Source of the DNA: a virus
Taxonomy: Duplodnaviria; Caudoviricetes
Direction: 5' to 3' (one strand)
Length of the DNA: 42,649 bases
Virus record (IMG/VR): IMGVR_UViG_3300050151_000036
Span: 1-42,649 of that record
The notes under the pieces are model-generated. The model was given only the letters and a program-made list of their open reading frames with translations. It made no database searches and had not been told where the DNA came from. This document shows, one piece after another, positions 36,312 to 42,649 of the stretch. Each line of letters opens with the position of its first letter. Positions within the stretch are counted from its first letter, which is position 1. Both the position numbers and the translations under genes were made by a program.

Positions 36312-36698
36312 TTATGGCTTTGTAGTACCTAAGTCAGTCGAAACAAGAGCACCAACGTTATTAATAGTAACTCTCCAATAGTGTGGTGTACCTTGTGTAT
36401 CTTTCAATACTAATCCCTTAGTAGCAAGATCAATAATAAGATCATCAGTACTATCAATACCTTTAGTAGATCGCGTTGCAGCATTTAAACCAGAATATCC
36501 ATTAGCAATGTTTTTATTTGACAAACGTTCTGCATCAGTGATACCATATCCAGATAATGTAGTTGGTAAACCAGTGATGCTACTAAAAGGAAAACCACTG
36601 GCAAAACTATTAATCATAGTTCGTAGTTTTTCATACCAGTCATTCCAGTAACCAGAACCAGGCGCAACACCTACAGGTAAAGGCGGTAGTTTTAACAT
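36312..36698 (-). CDS. Small tail fibre-like protein
   Basis: Fibre repeat PTTLSGYGITDA plus the shared C-terminal module. Confidence 0.7.
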   Translation of the reverse strand: MLKLPPLPVGVAPGSGYWNDWYEKLRTMINSFASGFPFSSITGLPTTLSGYGITDAERLSNKNIANGYSGLNAATRSTKGIDSTDDLIIDLATKGLVLKDTQGTPHYWRVTINNVGALVSTDLGTTKP

Positions 36699-38269
36699 TA
36701 AGCGACTCTATAACTTCCCTGGAATCGTATTGTAGCGGAAGCATCCACTGCAACTGAACTTACAGTACCATTATTAATTTGTGAAAAATCGGCATAGGTT
36801 TGCCCACCAGCTACAAATAATAGTGCTTGACCAGTATACACTAAATTAATACCTTCAATAAAGATAGGAGTTTGTGGCTCAACAGCCGAGCTTGTAAAAG
36901 GTAAACCAGTTAATCTAAAGTTACCAGTACCGGTGTGGGTATTATAATCAATTAAACAATCAATAAACACACGGTCATTTACTTTAGTAAAACTACCTGC
37001 ACGGGATACATAGGTGCAAGTACCAGCGGTGGTTGTACCAATTAACGAAGGAGTAAACGTACCGGAGTAAATATCACCAACACCATTGTTAATATTACTG
37101 CCCATATTATAGTTAGATACATTTGAATCAAATGAAACACCACCAGAGCCATTGCCTACAGTCGTATTACCAGTAGCATTAACATAAGATACCATGTTTG
37201 GTGCTATGTTAGATTGGCCTAAAATACCATAGCCCGTGTTATTATTAGCAGTGTTACCTACACAAGTAATATACTTTAAAAAGCCAACGTTAGTGTAAGT
37301 ACCAAACAGAATGCCGTGACCAGTGTTACCATTACAAATATTATCAGATACTACAATACTATCTAAACCTTGACCAGCAATAGAACCGTAGTTGGGTTGT
37401 TCTACAAACGCAACACCACTACCACCATTAGAGTAAATAGTATTATTAGTTACGGAGTAACGACTACCATTTTTACCTGCTGAAGAACAAAACACACCAT
37501 GATACTTATTGCTATAAATAAAGCAATTATTTATTTTAATGTTTGAACATTCTTTAGTAATAACTAGACCAGCACCAACTGAAAGTGCTTGACCCGAATC
37601 ACCCATGTTATAAAACCAGCAACCATCAATAATAATGTTGTTGGCTTTATTACCATATACATTTAAACCATACTGGATAAAGTTTTTACAGATAACATTG
37701 TGCACAGAAACGTTAGCATCTAATGTTGCACCGGAACCAGTATCACATACAATAGAAATAGCAGAAGAGAAGGTATCATCGGCGATTGCAGTTACGGACG
37801 CTTTACCACCGTCAAGAACAAAGTCTTTTAGAACTAAACCACTTTTGTGCAAGATACCGATACCGTTGGCTTTTGTACCACCAGTTAATTGAATTAATGA
37901 AGAATAACCACTACCTAGGATGGAACAGTTATTTGCAGTAATGTGGATTTGATTGCCAAAAGGAATCTGTGTGCCACTATAAACCCAACCACTGAGGTTT
38001 AAGGTAACATTTTCACCTAAAACTAACACAGTGTTATTAACAGTGACTAAAAGCCTATCAGTGATTTTATATGTTCCCGTAGGAATATAAATAGTACCAC
38101 CAACTGCCAGTGCATTATTAAATGCTAAAGTATCATCAGTGGTGCCATTACCAGCCGCACCAAAAACACTTTGTTTAATATTAATATACTCTTTGTATGT
38201 TTTAGTATTAACATCATTAAGCCAGCTAGAGGCAACAACTGTTCCTGCTGTAAACGTAGTAGAAGCCAT
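36698..38269 (-). CDS. Tailspike with right-handed beta-helix (putative depolymerase)
   Basis: FGAAGNGTTDDTLAF..A, IYIPTGTY, repeated N.I..N...G turns. Confidence 0.87.
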   Translation of the reverse strand: MASTTFTAGTVVASSWLNDVNTKTYKEYINIKQSVFGAAGNGTTDDTLAFNNALAVGGTIYIPTGTYKITDRLLVTVNNTVLVLGENVTLNLSGWVYSGTQIPFGNQIHITANNCSILGSGYSSLIQLTGGTKANGIGILHKSGLVLKDFVLDGGKASVTAIADDTFSSAISIVCDTGSGATLDANVSVHNVICKNFIQYGLNVYGNKANNIIIDGCWFYNMGDSGQALSVGAGLVITKECSNIKINNCFIYSNKYHGVFCSSAGKNGSRYSVTNNTIYSNGGSGVAFVEQPNYGSIAGQGLDSIVVSDNICNGNTGHGILFGTYTNVGFLKYITCVGNTANNNTGYGILGQSNIAPNMVSYVNATGNTTVGNGSGGVSFDSNVSNYNMGSNINNGVGDIYSGTFTPSLIGTTTAGTCTYVSRAGSFTKVNDRVFIDCLIDYNTHTGTGNFRLTGLPFTSSAVEPQTPIFIEGINLVYTGQALLFVAGGQTYADFSQINNGTVSSVAVDASATIRFQGSYRVA

Positions 38270-39747
38270 CAGCTATTCCCTTTATTAATATCTACTTCTA
38301 CTTCTTGAATTCTAAATAATTCATTAGCAGTAAAGGTAAGTTTAAATATTCGTTGTCTAAATGAACCCATGCGGTATACACAAGCATTGTCTTGATTCAT
38401 GTTAGTTGTTAAACCCGTGTTGTATGTTCTGTAATCATCATCAGACCACTGTACTAAAATCGTAGCATCATTAGCTGGTCTATCCCCGATAAACGATAAT
38501 CGTTTCATAGTCTTTCTATTAATAGTACCAAAATCATTGTTTTCCGTTACTATTACACATGGGAAATTAACACCGTTGTCTTGGTACAAGTCTTTATTAA
38601 ACTTATAAATACCAGAATCAGTACCAGCAAAACAAAAATAAGAATAGGTGTTTGTACTAGTAGTAATAGCCATTGAGTATTGAATATCAAATGTAGCACT
38701 ATTTTGATATGCCCATCTAAACCATAAACCGGAATCAACATCCGTTACAAATGTCTTTTGACTACCTGCTGTGATTACATAGTAAGTATGCCCATCAGAT
38801 GAAATAATATTTCCAGTCCAATGAGCAAAACCATCGGTAGTTTTATTTAAATAGCGAGAAATGGATGGTGTGCCTATCTCTTCGATCTTAAAGTCTTTTA
38901 ATCGGTAAACAGAGGGCTGACCACCCGCGTCTGCTCCAATATAGTAGATAGCATTACCATACACTGAAAACCCAGTTAAATAAGAATTGATTTTAATTGG
39001 TGTATCATTACGCTGTAATGGTGATCCTGGGGCGGCGGCAGCTGCATCCCAATAGTATTCAATAGTATCACGACCAAACACAACAAGATAGTTGTTTAAC
39101 TTGGCAATTCGTAATACTAAATCTGCTTCCATTTCAGCAGTAGTGATTCCAGTTGTAGTCCAAGATAATGGATTATTTAAATCACTATTATAAATATCGG
39201 CAGAGTTGGCTTTAGCTAAGAAAAGATAGCCATCTAAGAATACGGGATAAGGTAGGTGAGTTGGTAAATCTACATCAGTACAAGTTACTACAGTGTTAGC
39301 ATTATCAATCGTAACTAAACCGTTAATGGCTGTGCCATCAGTAGCACATACGACTACTGTACCATTAGTATATAAATAATCACAGAACCCAACAACACCA
39401 GTGCTAGTGGCAAACACATTTGTTAAGGTAGTCGATACACCTGTGTTGACGTTATACACATAAATATTTCTACCAACACAATAAAATAGTTTGTATTGAT
39501 CTGACCAAAAATACATACCTCTAACTTGTGAAGCACCAACGGATGCAACAACATTAGAAGTACCAGCACGTTTCATAATAAACTTACGGTCATCACCAGC
39601 TTTAGTTTGGCGAACAGGTTCAATAAAAACATTTAAATAGTCTTCATCTTTACCCGCTGTAGAACCATCCCGAATAGCCATTTCTCTAAATAACTGCACT
39701 CTCTCAGAGCGATAAGTATCTTGTGTGGGTGCATTAGAGTATGCCAT
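38269..39747 (-). CDS. Tail nozzle / P22 gp10-like DNA stabilisation protein
   Basis: Beta-propeller-like composition, FLDGY, LVVFG..TIE, WSDD, MGSFRQRIF. Confidence 0.75.
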   Translation of the reverse strand: MAYSNAPTQDTYRSERVQLFREMAIRDGSTAGKDEDYLNVFIEPVRQTKAGDDRKFIMKRAGTSNVVASVGASQVRGMYFWSDQYKLFYCVGRNIYVYNVNTGVSTTLTNVFATSTGVVGFCDYLYTNGTVVVCATDGTAINGLVTIDNANTVVTCTDVDLPTHLPYPVFLDGYLFLAKANSADIYNSDLNNPLSWTTTGITTAEMEADLVLRIAKLNNYLVVFGRDTIEYYWDAAAAAPGSPLQRNDTPIKINSYLTGFSVYGNAIYYIGADAGGQPSVYRLKDFKIEEIGTPSISRYLNKTTDGFAHWTGNIISSDGHTYYVITAGSQKTFVTDVDSGLWFRWAYQNSATFDIQYSMAITTSTNTYSYFCFAGTDSGIYKFNKDLYQDNGVNFPCVIVTENNDFGTINRKTMKRLSFIGDRPANDATILVQWSDDDYRTYNTGLTTNMNQDNACVYRMGSFRQRIFKLTFTANELFRIQEVEVDINKGNS

Positions 39748-39749
39748 TA

Positions 39750-40460
39750 TTAACCTCTATTTCGTCGTGGAGAAAAAGTAAATGATCCATCCTCTTGTTC
39801 TGACATCATTGCATTAGCAAGATATTCATCTGCTTCTTTTTTAAGTAGCTGCCTATCTGGTAGTGGGATACCCCATTCAGGTGCTAGTAATACAGCTAAA
39901 CGATAAATTACACCATTGTACCATTCTTCTGGTAAATCCATTGTATCTGTAGAACCATTAAAATATTCAAATGGTCTTTGGTAGATAATAGTAATACTAG
40001 ATGTAATAGCACTACTATCAGGTGTTGGCCATATCTTTAATGTGCCAACGTTAATACCAGGTTGGTACATTAATTGTAAAGGAGGACCACCTAGTGTTAA
40101 TGGTAACATATTAAAATCTACACTACCTTTAATTTCAATAGGAATTTTAGTAGTACCACCAGAGTCAATTCTAAATGCTTCTAAAATCCGAATAGGATAT
40201 GGTGTATTTAAAGTATAACCGTTACCAATAGTATATGAGTTTGTACTTAAAGTTGGGTTAAAAGAAAACGTAGTACGTGCCCATAAAGGCATACCAATAC
40301 CACGTAATTCAGCTAATAGTGTATTTAATGATAAAGAACCATTAGTAATATCTTCAGTAGCTGGTGATTGACCAGAAGCAATAACACCAAGTTTACGTAA
40401 AGCAGCAGTAATAATAGTGTCTCTAGAAATCTGATATGTATTAATACCTGATGTACTCAT
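39750..40460 (-). CDS. Head-tail adaptor protein
   Basis: II.AALRKLGV..G, IWPTPD, P.EW...Y.LA..LAP..G; upstream of nozzle. Confidence 0.75.
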   Translation of the reverse strand: MSTSGINTYQISRDTIITAALRKLGVIASGQSPATEDITNGSLSLNTLLAELRGIGMPLWARTTFSFNPTLSTNSYTIGNGYTLNTPYPIRILEAFRIDSGGTTKIPIEIKGSVDFNMLPLTLGGPPLQLMYQPGINVGTLKIWPTPDSSAITSSITIIYQRPFEYFNGSTDTMDLPEEWYNGVIYRLAVLLAPEWGIPLPDRQLLKKEADEYLANAMMSEQEDGSFTFSPRRNRG

Positions 40461-40804
40461 TAAATACTCCCATGCCCTAGTTTATTAATATCATATAAAA
40501 AAGAATAAGCAGGGCTTGCTTTATCTGCTTGCATACAATCTGCTGTACCCATATCAGCAAAAGCGGATACACCATCCACACCACAAACTAAAGTATAAAT
40601 ATCTGGATAAACATCTTTACTTACAAAATCTGGTACTGATGTTTCTGGTGATATTTTAATTAATGTTTGTGGGTGTCTTGGTTCAAAGTCATGCTTACAA
40701 ACATACAACCCATCCCAGCGTTTCTTAATTTCACTAGATGGAAACCAAGAACCACATAACATGCAAGTAACCTTCCAGTTACCAGGCCAGGTTGTCTTTT
40801 TCAT
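40460..40804 (-). CDS. Phage protein with Cys motif
   Basis: CMLCG...WDGLYVC..DFEPRHPQ. Confidence 0.7.
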   Translation of the reverse strand: MKKTTWPGNWKVTCMLCGSWFPSSEIKKRWDGLYVCKHDFEPRHPQTLIKISPETSVPDFVSKDVYPDIYTLVCGVDGVSAFADMGTADCMQADKASPAYSFLYDINKLGHGSI

Positions 40805-41098
40805 TTAAGCTCCAAAATAGACGATGTAGTTTCCACCAGTACCTATAAGTTGAGCATAAATACCTAGTTCAGCATAAATAGGAAAAGTAAAAATAATATG
40901 GTTTTGTTGATCTGTTGCTCTACATACTACTTTAGCTAAAACTTTACCAGTAGGTGTACCAGTATTAGTATCCCACAAAGTTACTGTAGATGCATTCGTA
41001 CCATCACCAAGCATTGATACACTATTAATTCTATTAACACCGGCAGATATTTGAGCAGAGGCAGAACGTAAATCAGAAGTTCGTGATGAAGTGCTCAT
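40805..41098 (-). CDS. Small beta-rich virion-region protein
   Basis: 97 aa, coupled on both sides. Confidence 0.65.
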   Translation of the reverse strand: MSTSSRTSDLRSASAQISAGVNRINSVSMLGDGTNASTVTLWDTNTGTPTGKVLAKVVCRATDQQNHIIFTFPIYAELGIYAQLIGTGGNYIVYFGA

Positions 41099-41328
41099 TT
41101 GTCTGCTTTAGTTTTAAGTGTATCTTTAATTTCAGTTAATGCTTCCATAATAGGTTTAAAAGCATCCTGTAACCGATCATAGCGAACATAGTCACGGTTA
41201 ATAGAAATCTCTAGTGCTGTTAAATCTTGTTTTAGAATCTTAACTGCATTCCAAAGTTCTCTTGCAAACCACCCAAGAATAGTAAATCCTATTCCAAGCA
41301 CTGTTTGAATTATTGTATTAAAATCCAT
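41095..41328 (-). CDS. Small membrane protein (one TM helix + coiled coil), possibly lysis related
   Basis: Start moved to MDFNTIIQ after AAAGGA; hydrophobic N-terminus. Confidence 0.65.
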   Translation of the reverse strand: MDFNTIIQTVLGIGFTILGWFARELWNAVKILKQDLTALEISINRDYVRYDRLQDAFKPIMEALTEIKDTLKTKADK

Positions 41329-41418
41329 ATTAGAACAATCCTTTTGTGTTTGTGCTATGCAAGATAATGTTTCAACTACTGGTAAAATTAACATATGTAA
41401 ATACTATAAAATATTTCG

Positions 41419-41436
41419 AGCATCACCGGTGATGCT
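41419..41436. repeat. 18-bp perfect palindrome at the GC/AT boundary
   Basis: AGCATCACCGGTGATGCT. Confidence 0.6.
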
Positions 41437-41441
41437 TGGAA

Positions 41442-41590
41442 TCAGAACAATGCAGCCCAAGCACCAGCATTGGTGCGGCCCTTAAGGCCCACAGATGCCG
41501 AACCGGCCCACGCTGCGTTCGTGTTCCAAAACTGGTCGCCGGGCCGACCAGAGTGGCCTGGATGTCAAGAAAGCTGTAGGTGGTGCTCAT
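41442..41590 (-). pseudogene. Fused gene fragments: start of a DUF3277-like structural gene joined to an orphan tailspike C-terminus
   Basis: AAGGAG-ATG MSTTYSFLDIQATLVGP, then in another frame GDQFWNTNAAWAGSASVGLKGRTNAGAWAALF-stop. Confidence 0.55.
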
Positions 41591-41602
41591 TGGTTTGCTC
41601 CT

Positions 41603-41746
41603 TCAAGCATTGTGAGGTTCTAGATATACCGGTGCCGTTTTCAAGCAGCACCGGCAAGGGCTGGGATTCGGGCATCGGGGTGCTGCCTTGTGCTGGGCCG
41701 CCTGCTGCTCAATGCCCAGCCAGCGTCGGAGTACGGCGCGGATCAT
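41603..41746 (-). CDS. Small Cys-rich hypothetical protein (47 aa)
   Basis: ATGA-coupled to the tailspike stop; MIRAVLRRWLG...CRCC. Confidence 0.45.
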   Translation of the reverse strand: MIRAVLRRWLGIEQQAAQHKAAPRCPNPSPCRCCLKTAPVYLEPHNA

Positions 41747-42648
41747 GCGGCGATCTGCCCCACGCCCTTCCCAGGGCCCGGTGTGCCTGCGGCGGTGCAA
41801 ATCCACCGTTCGTAGCCGCCGGCAGCCGGGGCAGAATTGGTGACAGTGGCTCCCATCTCCCAGGTGCCGGCAGTCGGCGCAGCGCTGGCGTAGTACGCCT
41901 CCTCCAAGTACCACTCGGACACGTTGATGTAATCCGAGCCCATACCGCTACTGTTGTTCAGCTGGATGCTGAAACTGAGGTTTGCACACTGGTCTGGTGT
42001 AAAGCAGGCCGCGTACCACGCGTATGCCGTGGTAACGATTGGCGTGGCGACGGACACATCCAGCGAACTGCCCCGAGCACGCATTTCATACGCCTTGGCT
42101 ACGGTTGACTTGGCGCGAATCCACCATGTCAGCCCGTTCTTGCATCGGCTTTTGTGCGTAGCGGGGACACGCATCACCTGGGCGAAGTCACCGCTATTGC
42201 CCTTCACCGCAGCGCCGGTGTACTCGGCCGCGTCCGCAACCAGGGTGTTGCCCACCTGGCGGTCGCTGAAGAAACGGAGGTATTGGCGCCCGAATTTTCC
42301 GTTTTGGGTCGCCACATCGTGTGTCAGCGTCACCGATGCGCCCGGCGTCTGCTGCTGCGATGCCTGCGCGATGGTCTTTAGAGTGGCGCGGGTGGTGGCG
42401 CCCAGCAAATTGGCCAGGCCGGGAACAATCCCGGTGACCTCGCCTGTCAGAACATCAACATCCGTGAAGTCGCCGAAAGCGGTCGGGTTAACCGTGCAGT
42501 AGGCCACGCCGTCAATGTGCAGTATCTCCGACGCCAGCACGACAAACGCTTTGGTGTAGTGCGTGAAACGGCATCCCCGGAACTGATTGCGAGAGCCGTG
42601 GACAATATAGGCGATGGGATTCGCGCTAGGCTGCGTTTCAAATTTGCA
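41743..42648 (-). CDS. C-terminal part of a second tailspike/fibre (5' end outside window)
   Basis: Frame stays open to the window edge (..NQFRGCRF.. beta-helix-like); C-terminal APTAGTW..G..V.NSAP.AGG...WIC..AGTPG motif typical of spikes. Confidence 0.72.
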   Translation of the reverse strand, partial: CKFETQPSANPIAYIVHGSRNQFRGCRFTHYTKAFVVLASEILHIDGVAYCTVNPTAFGDFTDVDVLTGEVTGIVPGLANLLGATTRATLKTIAQASQQQTPGASVTLTHDVATQNGKFGRQYLRFFSDRQVGNTLVADAAEYTGAAVKGNSGDFAQVMRVPATHKSRCKNGLTWWIRAKSTVAKAYEMRARGSSLDVSVATPIVTTAYAWYAACFTPDQCANLSFSIQLNNSSGMGSDYINVSEWYLEEAYYASAAPTAGTWEMGATVTNSAPAAGGYERWICTAAGTPGPGKGVGQIAA

Positions 42649-42649
42649 G

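Noticed and set aside
1-42649. Alternative genetic code, CRISPR array, integrase, reverse transcriptase/DGR, phage RNA polymerase
   Set aside because: Long genes are intact in code 11, no suppressor tRNA, no regularly spaced repeats, and no matching motifs seen; the part of the genome outside the window cannot be assessed.

Overview
Most of the genome of a lytic, podovirus-like tailed dsDNA phage. Its organisation resembles phiEco32/PaP3/LUZ24-type phages: no integrase, repressor or phage RNA polymerase is visible, and transcription uses host sigma70 promoters. The minus-strand left block (1-3022) carries terminase large and probable small subunits, a 3-TM holin, an M15 endolysin and a small HNH protein. 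A ~1.7 kb control region (3023-4697) holds divergent promoters, two rrn-type boxA elements and a large, highly paired non-coding RNA candidate. The plus-strand early/middle block (4698-29335) contains small unknown genes, three tRNAs (Leu-TAA, Ile2-CAT, Arg-TCT), a hammerhead ribozyme abutting tRNA-Leu, an amidoligase/COOH-NH2 ligase/ATP-grasp/two-amidotransferase cluster, primase, ThyX, helicase, a split family A polymerase, SSB, deaminase, nucleases, phosphatases, class II RNR and an HslV-like Ntn protein. After a bidirectional terminator comes the minus-strand virion block (29368-42649): ejection proteins, tailspike, nozzle, adaptor, and a GC-rich second tailspike truncated by the window edge and followed by a recombination scar. 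Portal and capsid genes are not in the window. The most striking signals are the RNA layer of the early operon (pseudoknotted hammerhead, ornate leader RNA, boxA) and repeated ATA/ATT start codons, two of which sit directly before N-terminal nucleophile residues. All calls come from reading the sequence by eye; no searches or folding programs were run.
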